From positions 128,001 to 192,000 of the forward strand of contig CAWCVB010000002.1 in NCBI GenBank assembly GCA_963798915.1: a DNA stretch of 64,000 bases. The letters run 5' to 3'. Made by a program: the position numbers and the translations under genes. The notes below the pieces were generated by a model that worked only from the letters and a program-made list of their open reading frames with translations, was not told the origin of the DNA and made no database searches. The stretch comes from an uncultured Gemmatimonadales bacterium (GTDB taxonomy: Bacteria > Gemmatimonadota > Gemmatimonadetes > Gemmatimonadales > GWC2-71-9). Of this stretch, positions 1-10,239 are shown piece by piece (position 1 is the first letter of the stretch; every line of letters starts with the position of its first letter).

Positions 1-1141
1 TGCGGCGGAACTCGTCGAAGAAAATGGCAAGTGAGCTGTCCGTGACATCGGTGCGCACCGCCGAGCTTGCCGCGAACGGGCCCGGCACCGGTCGCCAGGA
101 AAAACCGGATCCTGCGCCGTACGTGAATCCCTTCTGCTCGCGCAGGATCTGGTTGAGCCGGGAGGAAAACGATCCGCCGAGAATGGTATTCATCAGGGTG
201 ATCGCGGGATAATCAGGCGATCGACGATTCACGCCCGGTGCGCCGATCATGATGACGCTTTGCGCGGCGTTGGGCTTGTCCACCAGGTAGACTCGGGTGG
301 GCGCGGGTGGCGGCGCCGTGACCGCCGAGGCGGGGGCAAGCGGCAACGGTCGTACCGGCGCCTTCCAGCCTCCCAGCGCCTTGGCGGCCATGGCCCGTGC
401 CTGGGCCATGGTCAGGTCGCCGGTCAGGATCAGCGTGGCGCGCGAGGGATCGGCCACCCGGTTCCAGAAGTCACGTACCATTGCCGAGTCGAGCACGACT
501 GTACTGGCGGAGTCTCCCGAAATCGGGCGGTGATAGGGATGACTCTGCGGGAAAACGGTGTAGCCGAACACGTCGGATGCCACCGACGCGGGGCGATCGC
601 GCGCCTGCAGCAGCGCCGCGATGCGAAGGTCCCGCTGGCGCTTCACGTCCGCTGAGGAAAAGGCAGGCCGCAGCAGCACGTCGGCGAGGGTCGTCATTGC
701 TTCGTCAAAGGTGCGTCTGGGAGCGCGCAGCGAGAGCGTGAAGGCATCCCACGAGGCGCCGGTGATCAGCGTCGCTCCGAGGAACTCGAGCTGTGCCGCG
801 AGCTGAAAGGCATCGCGGCCTCCGGCCCCTTCGTCAAGCATGCCGGCCGCAAAGGTGGCCAGTCCCGGGCGATCGCCATCGAGCCGGGCCCCGCCATCGA
901 TGAGCAGCGTGGCCTGCACCAGGGGCAGTTCGGTCATCCGGACGACCTGCAGGGTGAGCCCGTTGGGAAGCGTGGCGCGCTGCACATCAGGCATCACCAG
1001 TCTGGGTGCGGGACCCAGTGTCGGTGCCGTGGCCACGGCCGGCGCGACCTGCGCGTGCAGGCGTGCTGTGCCAAGCAGCGCTGCGACGGCCAGCGCACCC
1101 AACCCGCCCATCCTGCGCGTCCTGCCAACTTCGCCCGTCAT
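1..1141 (-). CDS. M16 (pitrilysin) family peptidase, probably non-catalytic partner subunit; runs off the window edge
   Basis: Read manually: MTGEVGRTRRMGGLGALAVAALLG...VQRATLPNGLTLQVVRMTELPLVQATLLIDGGARLD...GLATFAAGMLDEG. No HxxEH. Start overlaps the upstream stop (ATGA, 1138-1141). Confidence 0.85.
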   Translation of the reverse strand, partial: MTGEVGRTRRMGGLGALAVAALLGTARLHAQVAPAVATAPTLGPAPRLVMPDVQRATLPNGLTLQVVRMTELPLVQATLLIDGGARLDGDRPGLATFAAGMLDEGAGGRDAFQLAAQLEFLGATLITGASWDAFTLSLRAPRRTFDEAMTTLADVLLRPAFSSADVKRQRDLRIAALLQARDRPASVASDVFGYTVFPQSHPYHRPISGDSASTVVLDSAMVRDFWNRVADPSRATLILTGDLTMAQARAMAAKALGGWKAPVRPLPLAPASAVTAPPPAPTRVYLVDKPNAAQSVIMIGAPGVNRRSPDYPAITLMNTILGGSFSSRLNQILREQKGFTYGAGSGFSWRPVPGPFAASSAVRTDVTDSSLAIFFDEFRR

Positions 1142-2499
1142 GTTGTCCCCCGTTCCGCCGCGGCAAGACTCCGCTTGCCCTCTGGCACCACCGAGATAAT
1201 CACCCGCGGACCGGTCAGATACTTCCGCGCCACCCGCTGCACGTCGGCCGCGGTCACCGCGCGAATACGGTCGAGATCACGCTGGAAGCCATCAGGAGTG
1301 CCAATCGCGTAGTAATACTCGTTGAGCTGGTTGGCCTTGGCGCGGACGCTTTCGATGCCATTGAGGAAGTCGGCCTCGAGCGAATTCCTCGCCTGCTGGA
1401 GTTCCCGCGGATCGGGACCATCGGCGGCAAGCCGCTGAAGCGTGGAATCGATGTCCTGCTGCAGCTCGGGCAGCGCATGTCCGGGCCGCGCCGTGGCGAT
1501 GACCTCGAAGGCGCCGTCGAGGCGCTGGCCTTCCTGGAAGGCAAAGAGGTTGCTGGCGGTCTGCTTGTCGTAGACCATCAGCTTGGTGAGCCGGGAATTC
1601 TTGGCGCCGGTGAGGAGATAGGCCACGATGTTGAGCGGCGCATCGTCGGGATCCCAGCCCTTCACCGTGTGCCAGGCGTAGTAGAGCCGGGGGAGCTGGA
1701 CCCGGTCCTCCAACACCAGCGAGGTATCGCGCTGGAGAGTGAACGGCGCCGGCGTGGGGCGGGTGATCGCGGGTCCCCGTGGAATGGCACCGAAGTAATG
1801 CTCGACCATCCGCTTGACGCTATCGGCGTGGACGTCCCCGGAGACGACGATGGCGGCGTTGTTGGGAGCGTAATACTTCCGGAAGAAGTTCTTCACATCC
1901 TCAAGCGACGCGGCCGAGAGATCGGCCATCGAGCCGATGACGGGCCAGGAATAGGGATGGCCAGCGGGATAGAGCATCCTCGGCAGATGATCTGCGACCA
2001 TGCCGTAGGGCTGGTTCTCGTAACTCTGGCGGCGCTCGTTCTTCACGACGTCCCGCTGGAGGTCCACCTTGGCCGAGTCCATGGTCGGCAGCAGCCAGCC
2101 CATCCGGTCAGCGTCGAGCCAGAGCATGAGCGGCAGGGCGTTGGCCGGGCCGGCTTCGTAGTAGTTGGTGCGGTCCTCGGTGGTGGAGCCGTTGTTGTCG
2201 GCGCCGGCGGCTTCCAGCCGCCGGTCGAACTCGGGGTAAGGCGCGTGCTCCGAACCCATGAACATCAGGTGCTCGAACAGGTGGGCAAAGCCGGTCCGGC
2301 CCACCTGTTCATCGCCGGAGCCGACATGATACCACTCATTCACCGAGACCACCGGCGCCGAATGGTCTTCGTTGACGATCAGCGTGAGGCCGTTCGAGAG
2401 TGTGTCAATGACGAACGGCACGTGCAGCGGCGCGCTCTGGGCCGCCAGCGGCGCCGCGATGACCGCAAGCGTCAGTGCCGTGAGGCAATGCAACCTCAT
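1138..2499 (-). CDS. M16 family zinc peptidase, catalytic subunit
   Basis: GFAHLFEHLMF (HxxEH), NGSTTEDRTNYYE, signal peptide MRLHCLTALTLAVIAAPLAA. Confidence 0.92.
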   Translation of the reverse strand: MRLHCLTALTLAVIAAPLAAQSAPLHVPFVIDTLSNGLTLIVNEDHSAPVVSVNEWYHVGSGDEQVGRTGFAHLFEHLMFMGSEHAPYPEFDRRLEAAGADNNGSTTEDRTNYYEAGPANALPLMLWLDADRMGWLLPTMDSAKVDLQRDVVKNERRQSYENQPYGMVADHLPRMLYPAGHPYSWPVIGSMADLSAASLEDVKNFFRKYYAPNNAAIVVSGDVHADSVKRMVEHYFGAIPRGPAITRPTPAPFTLQRDTSLVLEDRVQLPRLYYAWHTVKGWDPDDAPLNIVAYLLTGAKNSRLTKLMVYDKQTASNLFAFQEGQRLDGAFEVIATARPGHALPELQQDIDSTLQRLAADGPDPRELQQARNSLEADFLNGIESVRAKANQLNEYYYAIGTPDGFQRDLDRIRAVTAADVQRVARKYLTGPRVIISVVPEGKRSLAAAERGTT

Positions 2500-2570
2500 G
2501 AGGTAACCTCGAGTTTCTGGTAAAAGCGCACACGAACGCACGAAAGGCGTGATGGAATCAATTGCTTTCG

Positions 2571-3227
2571 TTATTGCGTGTTTTCGTGTGATGATCTGAC
2601 GGTGCTCTCCCTGCTACGATCCAACCAGCTCCAGCTCCGCATCCAGGCCACCGGCGCCTTCAGCGCTTCCCAGAAGAGATAGCGCAGCTCCAGGTTCGGG
2701 TTGTCGGAGATCGGGCTCGATGGCGTGGGCGAGGTGAACGCTTCCAGCGCAACGCGCCGAGCCTCGAGTCGCAGCCGGCACATGTGAAACGGATCGCTCA
2801 CCAGCAGGACGGTGCTCAAGCCCCGCTGGTGCAGCCAGGCCGCGACATCGGTCATGGAGGCGTAGGTGGACCGCCCGCGGGGTACGACCACGATGGCGCT
2901 GTCGGGGACCTCCTGCGCCAGCAACCAGTGGCGTCCCACCATGGCTTCGCTGGTCGTGTCACCTCGTCCGACACCACCCGTAACGATGATGCGGCTGGCC
3001 AGTCCGTCGCGATAGAGGCGCATGCCGTGTTCCAGGCGGGCGCGCAGTACCGGGGAGGGGCGGCCGTTGTACTGGGCTGCGCCCAGGATCACCACCGCAT
3101 CGGCATGGTGCCGCTGGTCCTGCTGGCTGACGACCAGGACCATGACCAGCCAGGTGGTATAGAAGAGGCCGGCGACGACCACGAGCAGTCCGGCGAGCTT
3201 CAGCAACCGGCGTAGTGGATTGCGCAC
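2571..3227 (-). CDS. YdcF/DUF218 (SanA/ElyC-like) family protein
   Basis: ADAVVILGAA, IIVTGG, SEA, LLVSDPFHMCR motifs; N-terminal TM helix. Confidence 0.85.
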   Translation of the reverse strand: MRNPLRRLLKLAGLLVVVAGLFYTTWLVMVLVVSQQDQRHHADAVVILGAAQYNGRPSPVLRARLEHGMRLYRDGLASRIIVTGGVGRGDTTSEAMVGRHWLLAQEVPDSAIVVVPRGRSTYASMTDVAAWLHQRGLSTVLLVSDPFHMCRLRLEARRVALEAFTSPTPSSPISDNPNLELRYLFWEALKAPVAWMRSWSWLDRSRESTVRSSHENTQ

Positions 3228-3265
3228 GCCGGAAGGTACGGCCGGCAGCGGGGACTGTCACCATC

Positions 3266-4657
3266 TCAGAGATTGAAGCTCTCGCCCAGCTTGGGTACGT
3301 GCACCTCCTCGACCCCCTCCTCCTTGAGGATCTTGGCCATGCCCTCGAGCGCATCCGGATCGCCGTGGACGCAGAAGGCGCGGCGGATGGGGCCGCCCAG
3401 CATCTGCACCCACTTCCGCAGCTCGTCCCGGTCGGCGTGTGCTGAATAGCCATCCAGACTTTCCACCTCGGCCCGCAAGTCCATCTCCTCGCCGAAGACG
3501 CGGATCCGTCGCTCGCCGTCGCGGATTCGCCGGCCCAGCGTTCCCGCGGCCTGGTAGCCAACAAAGAGGATGCAGTTCCGCTGGTCGCCGCCGTGATTCT
3601 TGATGTGGTGCAGGATGCGTCCGGCTTCCACCATGCCGGACGCGGAAATGATGATCGCCGGGCCGTTGAGGGAATTGAGCCGCTTGGACTCCTCGACATC
3701 ATGCACGTAATGCACCGCGCTGAAGTCGAGCAGCGGCTGGTCCGCCTTCACCATGGCCTCGGCGTCGTCGAAGACCTCCGGATGCATCCGGAAGACCGTG
3801 GTGCTCTCGACCGCGAGCGGGCTGTCCACGTAGATGGGAATCCGGGGAATCTTGTTCGCCCGCATCAAGCCATGCAGCGCATAGACCACTTCCTGCGTCC
3901 GGCCCACCGCAAAGGCGGGGATGAGCAGTTTCCCGCCGCGTGCCGCGACCCGGGCGACGATCTTGCCGAGTTCCTCTTCCGAGCCGACCGGCGACGAATG
4001 GGTGCGGAGCGCATAGGTAGACTCGATGATGAGCGTGTCCACCGGTCCCGCGGGCGGCTGCGGGTCGCGAATGATGGGCAGGCCCCAGCGACCGATATCG
4101 CCGGAAAAGACCAGCCGGTGCGGCGTGTCCTCGGTGATCCGGAGTGCCACGCTGGCCGATCCAAGGATGTGCCCCGCATCGGAATATTCCATCACCAGGT
4201 TCTTGCGCAGGTGCTGCGGCCGGTGGTACGGCACCGAGACCATCAGCTCCTCGGCCGCGACGGCGTCCCGCATGGTGTAGAGCGGCTCCGATTCCGGCGC
4301 TGCCCGGCCGTGGCGCTTCACGTACTCGAAATCCATTTCCTGGATGTGGGCGGAGTCGGCCAGCATGACAGCGCAGAGGTCACGCGTGGCCGGCGTGGTG
4401 TAGATCGGGCCGTGAAAGCCGCGATTCACCAGCAGGGGCAGCCGGCCGGTGTGGTCGATGTGGGCATGGCTGACCACCACCATGTCAATGCGACGCGCAT
4501 CGAACGCGAGGTTGCGGTTGAGTTCCGCCGCTTCCTTGCGGCGACCCTGGAACAGCCCGGCGTCGAGGAGCAGGCGCATCCCGCAGCATTCGAGCAGGTG
4601 CATCGAGCCGGTGACCTGGCCCGCGGCGCCGTGAAAAGTCAGTCGAAGATCAGACAT
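3266..4657 (-). CDS. MBL-fold / beta-CASP RNA-metabolising metallo-hydrolase
   Basis: GAAGQVTGS, SHAHIDHTG, AGHILGS, FSGDIG, ESTY, YSAHAD. Confidence 0.92.
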   Translation of the reverse strand: MSDLRLTFHGAAGQVTGSMHLLECCGMRLLLDAGLFQGRRKEAAELNRNLAFDARRIDMVVVSHAHIDHTGRLPLLVNRGFHGPIYTTPATRDLCAVMLADSAHIQEMDFEYVKRHGRAAPESEPLYTMRDAVAAEELMVSVPYHRPQHLRKNLVMEYSDAGHILGSASVALRITEDTPHRLVFSGDIGRWGLPIIRDPQPPAGPVDTLIIESTYALRTHSSPVGSEEELGKIVARVAARGGKLLIPAFAVGRTQEVVYALHGLMRANKIPRIPIYVDSPLAVESTTVFRMHPEVFDDAEAMVKADQPLLDFSAVHYVHDVEESKRLNSLNGPAIIISASGMVEAGRILHHIKNHGGDQRNCILFVGYQAAGTLGRRIRDGERRIRVFGEEMDLRAEVESLDGYSAHADRDELRKWVQMLGGPIRRAFCVHGDPDALEGMAKILKEEGVEEVHVPKLGESFNL

Positions 4658-4708
4658 GGGAATCCGAGGTTGGGGATCATGCAGGGGCAGCCGGCGGCCA
4701 CCCATACA

Positions 4709-5353
4709 TCATCGCGTGCCGAACAGCCGGTCACCGGCGTCGCCCAGTCCCGGCAGGATGTAGCCGCTGGCATTGAGCTCGCGATCGAGCGCTGCAGCAA
4801 AGATGAGCACATCAGCGTGCTCCTCCAGCATCCGGCGCACGCCCTCCGGCGCGGCCACCAGGCAGAGGAAGCGGACCCGGCGCGCTCCGGCCTGCTTGAG
4901 TGCGGCCACCGCCGAGACCGCGGAGCCACCGGTGGCGAGCATCGGGTCGAGCACAAAGAAATCCCGCGCATCCTCGCCGCCGGGAATCTTGAAGTAATAG
5001 TCCACCGGCAGCAGGGTTTCGTGGTTGCGGTACAAGCCGATGTGCCCCACCCGCGCCGATGGAATGAGCTGGGCGATGCCATCCACCATGCCCAGTCCGG
5101 CCCGGAGAATGGGCACCAGGGTCAGCTTCTTGCCCGCCACCTGCCGGCCCTCGGTCTGCTCCAGCGGCGTTTCGATCGTGACCGGTTCGGTCGGCAGGTC
5201 CTTGGTGACTTCGTATGCCATCAGCATGGCGATCTCGTTCACCAGTTGCTTGAAGTCGCGGGTGCTGGTGCCCCGGTCCCGGAGCAGCGTGATCTTGTGC
5301 TGGATCAGCGGATGGTCAAGGACCGTCAGGTTGGGAAAGGCGGGTGGCAGCAT
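4709..5353 (-). CDS. upp: Uracil phosphoribosyltransferase
   Basis: [43 protein letters not shown]. Confidence 0.97.
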   Translation of the reverse strand: MLPPAFPNLTVLDHPLIQHKITLLRDRGTSTRDFKQLVNEIAMLMAYEVTKDLPTEPVTIETPLEQTEGRQVAGKKLTLVPILRAGLGMVDGIAQLIPSARVGHIGLYRNHETLLPVDYYFKIPGGEDARDFFVLDPMLATGGSAVSAVAALKQAGARRVRFLCLVAAPEGVRRMLEEHADVLIFAAALDRELNASGYILPGLGDAGDRLFGTR

Positions 5354-5374
5354 GGACGCAATATGTCCCGGGGC

Positions 5375-5472
5375 GGGCAGGATGGGCAGGATGGGCACGA
5401 TGGGCACGATGGGCAGGATGGACCGGGGACCCACGACCTGCGACTCGCGACTCAGGACCCGCGACTCACGAC
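5375..5472. repeat. GGGCAGGAT-type nonamer array followed by CGCGACT-type heptamer array
   Basis: About 5 nonamers, then about 6 degenerate heptamers. Confidence 0.85.
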
Positions 5473-6617
5473 AAAGTCCACCTCCCACCGGGTCGTTGCC
5501 CACTCGAGCACCAGCATGCCTCCCCGCTCGCCATGCGGGCGGAGGAGATGGTGAAGGACTTCGACCGGGGCTCCGGAAGCGCCGACTGCCGGAGCGGCAC
5601 GCGGGCCAGGTCCTGTTCCGGGTCGTACTCGGTGCCCCATTGTCCGGTCTGCCGGTTGATGACCAGCACCGCCCCATCCTGGGCTGGGATGGTCCAGAGG
5701 GTGTACAGGCCGGCCGGCACCGTCACGTCACCGAACGAAAGCGCGGCGCCAGTTGAAAACTGGGTGGCGGCATTGGCGCCGGTGCGCCATACGGTGTCGA
5801 GCGGCACGATGCCGCCGAAGATGGTCCGGCCCCGCATGTGCGGGCGGCCATAGTCCACCATCAGCCGGGTTCCGCCAATCACGATGCGAGCCGTGTCGCG
5901 CGGCGACATCAGGCCGGTCGGACCGGTCCGGGTCTCTGCCTCCGCAAAGGCGCGCGCCACGGCGTTGATGTCTGCCGAATCCTGGCGCGCGACCTCGATC
6001 TTGACCGTTGTCCTGGCGCCGGACAACCCCAGCAGGCGACCCTCGCCATCAATGCGGGCGCGCATGGGATTGCCATAGTAGTCGATAGACACACTGTCAC
6101 GGCCGTCGCGGGTAAGCGTGGTGGGGGTCGCGGTGAGCACGCCGGGAATGATCATGTCCACGGTGATGCTGTCGCGCTTCTCCCGCGTCAGCTGCCGGGT
6201 CATCTGGCCATAGAGCGCATACGTGCTGTTGAACATCGGCACCGCGCCGGGGCGGACGTGCATCACATAGCTTCGCGTGCTGTCTCCCTGGCGGAGCTGC
6301 ACATCGGCGCTGTCGCCGTGCACCCCGATGGTCACGGCCTCGAGCGGTGGCAGATCGAGGCGATTGCCGGGGCGGCTGGACGCCTCGAACCGGGTGACGC
6401 GTCCATTCGGCCCCAGCGTTGCCTCGTAATGGAGGAGACTGACGCGGGGCGCACGGATGACGCGGTCGCCCACCAACGAGGTGCGGGTGCGGGTGAAGGT
6501 CTCCACTGAAACCGTGTCGGTTCCCAGCCGCACGACAAAGGCGCCGCGGTCGGACGGTGCCTGCGCCAGGACGGCAGCCGGAAGCGCCAGGAGCAGGGCA
6601 ACGATCGGGTATCTCAT
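5452..6617 (-). CDS. Secreted DUF2911-domain protein, with an apparent frameshift near the C-terminus
   Basis: Signal peptide; [53 protein letters not shown]. The natural-looking tail [17 protein letters not shown] lies in another frame ending at 5452. Confidence 0.8.
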
Positions 6618-6628
6618 GAGATCCTTGG

Positions 6629-6979
6629 TCAGACCTGGAGCTTGACGAGTCGGCAGACACGTTCGTTGCGCCGACACACGCCGGCCTTGAGCAGTCCATG
6701 TGCTGCCCCGGGCGGCCGATCGAGCACGGCCGCGGGCGGAGCGGCGAAGTAGGCCGAATCCTCGCTGACCGCGGTGGTATCGAAGCGCACCACCAACCCA
6801 TCCCGCAGCGTCAGCGTGGGCGGATACTCTGTGCTGATCCTGGCGCCGGGCTCCGTGACCAGGAGCAGCCGGACGCCGCCGGGCAGCGGATGCCGCTCGA
6901 GCGAGAGCAGCGCGGGGGCCGGCGGCGGGCCGCTGCAGGCAGCGGCCAGCCACAACAGCACGAGACCGGATTTATGCAT
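6629..6979 (-). CDS. Hypothetical lipoprotein with Cx6C (DsbD N-domain-like)
   Basis: Lipobox-like LAAAC; C-terminal GVCRRNERVC. Confidence 0.6.
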   Translation of the reverse strand: MHKSGLVLLWLAAACSGPPPAPALLSLERHPLPGGVRLLLVTEPGARISTEYPPTLTLRDGLVVRFDTTAVSEDSAYFAAPPAAVLDRPPGAAHGLLKAGVCRRNERVCRLVKLQV

Positions 6980-7023
6980 GGCCTCTATTGTAAGCAATGG
7001 GACCGCCGGGCGTCAGCGCGGCC

Positions 7024-7052
7024 TTGGAAACGGTGGGGCCGAGGCCTATATT
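7024..7052 (+). promoter_or_regulatory. Sigma70-type promoter of tRNA-Phe
   Basis: TTGGAA-17 bp-TATATT followed by GC-rich discriminator CCCCGCCC. Confidence 0.6.
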
Positions 7053-7063
7053 CCCCGCCCTTC

Positions 7064-7117
<54 letters not shown>

Positions 7118-7136
<19 letters not shown>

Positions 7137-7375
7137 TGGCTCGCCGATTGCCGTTCGTGTGATTGCCGCGTTCCCAGCTCGGGGGTTCACCTGCGGCCGC
7201 GTTGCGGCCTCGGTGTCCTCGCCCTGCGGGCTCGGATCGATTCCCTCCCTAGCCATGGCTCGCCGATTGCCGTTCGTGTGATTGCCGCGTTCCCAGCTCG
7301 GGGGTTCACCTGCGGCCGCGTTGCGGCCTCGGTGTCCTCGCCCTGCGGGCTCGGATCGATTCCCTCCCTGGCCAT
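7118..7375 (+). repeat. tRNA-linked 119-bp tandem repeat (2 units plus a third tRNA 3'-end copy)
   Basis: TCGATTCCCTCCCT(A/G)GCCAT at 7118, 7237 and 7356; intervening sequence identical. Confidence 0.95.
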
Positions 7376-7505
7376 CACAGGATGGGCAGGATGGGCAGGA
7401 TGGGCGGGATGGGCGGGATCGGAAGAAGGGGCGATGCTTGCGTCGCCCCTTCGCTGTCTCGAAGCAATCTGGCAGCCCGACCCAAATCGCCGATAGGCCC
7501 GCTGG

Positions 7506-7991
7506 TCAGCCCCGGCGTGCGGCCTCGATTGCGGCGATGTCGATCTTCTGCATCCCCATCATCACATCGAACGCCCGCTTGGCGGCAGCCGGATCGGGAT
7601 CGGTGATCGCCTGCGTCAGGGCGATCGGCGTGATCTGCCAAGACAATCCCCATTTATCCTTGCACCAGCCGCACGCACTCTCCTCACCACCGTTGCCGAC
7701 GATGGCGTTCCAGTAGCGATCCGTTTCCGCCTGGTCGGTGGTGGCGACCTGGAACGAGAACGCTTCATTGTGCTTGAATTCGGGCCCGCCGTTGAGCCCC
7801 AGGCAGGGAATGCCGATCACGGTAAACTCGACCGTCAACACGTCCCCCTGCTTCCCTGACGGATAGTCACCCGGTGCGCGGTGCACCTTGCCGACGGAAG
7901 AATCAGGGAAGGTCCTGGCGTAAAACTGCGCCGCCGCCTCGGCATCGCGATCGTACCAGAGGCAGATGGTGTTCTTTGCTGGCTTGTCCAT
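7506..7991 (-). CDS. VOC/PhnB-like (3-demethylubiquinone-9 3-methyltransferase family) protein
   Basis: CLWYD..AEAAAQFY, LNGGPEFKHNEAFSF, CGWCKDKWGLSWQI. Confidence 0.9.
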   Translation of the reverse strand: MDKPAKNTICLWYDRDAEAAAQFYARTFPDSSVGKVHRAPGDYPSGKQGDVLTVEFTVIGIPCLGLNGGPEFKHNEAFSFQVATTDQAETDRYWNAIVGNGGEESACGWCKDKWGLSWQITPIALTQAITDPDPAAAKRAFDVMMGMQKIDIAAIEAARRG

Positions 7992-8456
7992 GTCCGTGCT
8001 CCATCGTGATGAGCCAAAGCCGCCGAATCAGAAGTCTCGGAGTCTTGGCAGGTCCTGACAGCCAGTCAAGCCAGGAGACCGTCGGTATGTGGAACAACCC
8101 CGCGCCGTGGGACGAGCGGCGCCTCCTTAGCGATTCGGGTGCCTGAGGATGAGACAAAGCAGGATCGCTCCCGGCTTCGCCATCTACCCTTCCATCGAGA
8201 TGATGATGATATCACCGGGCACTGGCGGCGTTGAGCCCGAGGGGAGGAGCCCCCGCGCGAGGCGCCCGAGCAGCGATCAGACTGGGGGCCGAGATGGCCA
8301 TGCTGGAGGGTCTGACATCGGAGGCGCCACCCGCCTCCGCGCCGCCGGCGGAGTCCGCGGACTCCCAGGGCGGGGCTCCTTGAACGAGCGGGTTGGCAGT
8401 TTCGCATTTGCTCAACGCTCAACGCTCGACGCTCGACGCTCGACGCCTTCCGCTCC

Positions 8457-8486
8457 TGTCACAAGACTGTCCCCTTCCGTGTCATC
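8457..8486 (+). promoter_or_regulatory. ECF41-type promoter upstream of sigJ
   Basis: TGTCACA-n16-TGTCATC. Confidence 0.75.
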
Positions 8487-8499
8487 TTATCAGAGTCGA

Positions 8500-9378
8500 A
8501 TGGAAACGCGCGCGGAAGTCTTTGCTTCAGTACGGCCCATGCTCTTCTCCATTGCCTACCGGATGCTTGGCAGCGTGATGGACGCGGAAGACCTGGTCCA
8601 GGATGCCTACCTGCGGTGGCAGGAGGCAGCCGAGCCGGAGGTGCGCTCGCCCCGCGCCTACCTGACGACGATCGTCACACGGCTCGCGATCAACCAGCTG
8701 CGTTCCGCCCGGCATCGACGCGAAACCTACGTGGGGCCCTGGCTCCCGGAGCCGCTGGTGAGCGATACCGTGCCCGACCCATCCGCCTCCGTGGAGCTTG
8801 CCGAATCGCTCTCGATGGCTTTCCTCGTGCTCATGGAGCGATTGTCGCCGGTGGAGCGCGCCGTCCTCCTGCTGCATGACGTGTTCGACTTCGACTACGG
8901 CGAGATCGCGCGGATCGTGGACAAGACCGAGGTGAATTGCCGCCAGCTGCTGGCCCGGGCCAGGAAGCACGTCGGCGCCGCCCGGACCCGCTTCCAGGCC
9001 GATCCGCAGCGCGCGGCGCAACTGGTGGAGCGGTTTCGCCAGGCATCGGTGCAGGGCGACATGGATGCCCTGGTTTCGTTGCTGGCTGAGGATATCACCC
9101 TCTGGGCCGATGGCGGCGGCAAGGTGCGCGGGGCAGCGCTGAAGCCGGTCCACGGCGCGGACGCGGTGGCGCGGTTTGTCATGGGTACTATGGAGCGCTT
9201 TGTGCCTGCCGGAACCAGCTTCCGCTCGGCTCGCATCAATGGTCAGGCAGGATTTATCGCCTATCTGAGCGGCCAGCCACAGGCAGCGATGATATTCGAC
9301 ATCCAAGCCGACCGCATCCGCACCGTCTACGCCATCGGCAACCCCGACAAGCTGCTGAATCTTCCTGCCACGGACTGA
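8500..9378 (+). CDS. sigJ: ECF sigma factor SigJ (ECF41) with C-terminal SnoaL-like extension
   Basis: AYRMLGSVMDAEDLVQ, YVGPWLPEP, DGGGK, NPDKL (ECF41 hallmark motifs). Confidence 0.93.
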   Translation: METRAEVFASVRPMLFSIAYRMLGSVMDAEDLVQDAYLRWQEAAEPEVRSPRAYLTTIVTRLAINQLRSARHRRETYVGPWLPEPLVSDTVPDPSASVELAESLSMAFLVLMERLSPVERAVLLLHDVFDFDYGEIARIVDKTEVNCRQLLARARKHVGAARTRFQADPQRAAQLVERFRQASVQGDMDALVSLLAEDITLWADGGGKVRGAALKPVHGADAVARFVMGTMERFVPAGTSFRSARINGQAGFIAYLSGQPQAAMIFDIQADRIRTVYAIGNPDKLLNLPATD

Positions 9379-9385
9379 TGTCCGC

Positions 9386-9415
9386 TGTCACAAACACGAG
9401 CCGGCTCCTGTCATC
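9386..9415 (+). promoter_or_regulatory. Second ECF41-type promoter, upstream of the DoxX gene
   Basis: TGTCACA-n16-TGTCATC, same architecture as 8457-8486. Confidence 0.8.
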
Positions 9416-9445
9416 CCTTTGACATCAGGACCAGGAGCGGTTGCC

Positions 9446-10015
9446 ATGATTGCAGCGCATATCGAAGACGTCACCCTCTGGGGTGCTCAGGTGTTCCTTG
9501 CCCTCTTCTTCCTCGGAGCAGGCGCGCCGAAACTGATCGGCCGCGGGCTGGAGCGATGGACCGGATTCTCGGACCTGCCCCGCGCCTTGGTGATCGTTAT
9601 CGGCCTGTCGGAGGTGCTTGGCGCGGCCGGCCTGGTGCTTCCATTGGCAACCGGCATCCTTCCTTGGCTGACACCGCTGGCCGCCGTCGGCCTGGCGGTG
9701 GTGGTGCTCATGGCCTCCGGCTTTCACCTGCGTGCTGACGAACGCCTGCCGGCGCTCGAGACAGCACTCTGGGCCAGCCTGGCCGCCGTCGTCGCCGTTG
9801 GCCGTTGGAACCCGATGGCATCCCGCGTCAAGGTGCCAGGATGGCTGCTGATAGCGGCCCTGTGCCTGCTGGTGCCCGCGGTGATCATCAATGTGGTGAT
9901 CCTGCTGAGGCGGCCGGTGGAGAAGGGAGTCGACGGTCGTCAGTCGTCAGTCGTCAGTCGTCGAGCGGTGCCGATCTGGCCCATCCGTCCTTCCTGCGCG
10001 AGCAGGAATCCATGA
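9446..10015 (+). CDS. DoxX family membrane protein
   Basis: LWGAQVFLALFFLGAGAPK, IGLSEVLGAAGLVLP, LTPLAAVGL..M...FH; RBS AGGAG. Confidence 0.85.
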   Translation: MIAAHIEDVTLWGAQVFLALFFLGAGAPKLIGRGLERWTGFSDLPRALVIVIGLSEVLGAAGLVLPLATGILPWLTPLAAVGLAVVVLMASGFHLRADERLPALETALWASLAAVVAVGRWNPMASRVKVPGWLLIAALCLLVPAVIINVVILLRRPVEKGVDGRQSSVVSRRAVPIWPIRPSCASRNP

Positions 10016-10081
10016 GGGTTCACCCGGAGTGAGTGGCGATGCCCATGGCCCTCATGGACCCCCGCTTTCGCGGGGGTGACG
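9986..10081. repeat. Inverted pair of CGTC-type REP palindromes
   Basis: CGTCCTTCCTGCGCGAGCAGGAATCCAT and ATGGACCCCCGCTTTCGCGGGGGTGACG. Confidence 0.7.
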
Positions 10082-10097
10082 ACAAGGCGAGTTTCGG

Positions 10098-10178
10098 CCC
10101 GCCCATCCCGCCCATCCCGCCCATCCCGCCCATCCCGCCCATCCCGCCCATCCCGCCCTTCGACTGACGACTGACGAC
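10098..10178. repeat. CCCGCCCAT nonamer array plus GACTGAC heptamers
   Basis: About 6 nonamer units. Confidence 0.9.
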
Positions 10179-10239
10179 TTACTATTCGGTGGGACTCGGA
10201 GCGCGTGCTGGCGGGACAAATTCCGAGGAGACTCCGCCG

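Noticed and set aside
1006..5554. Long plus-strand ORFs (505 aa, 653 aa) and similar antisense ORFs elsewhere (e.g. 24518-26191, 42093-43514, 48742-50019)
   Set aside because: They are shadow ORFs opposite well-supported genes, which is typical of high-GC DNA, and have no recognisable motifs.
7992..8450. ORFs between the VOC gene and sigJ, including the 8149 N-terminal extension of SigJ
   Set aside because: No motifs or RBS. The ECF41 promoter at 8457 supports the 8500 start.
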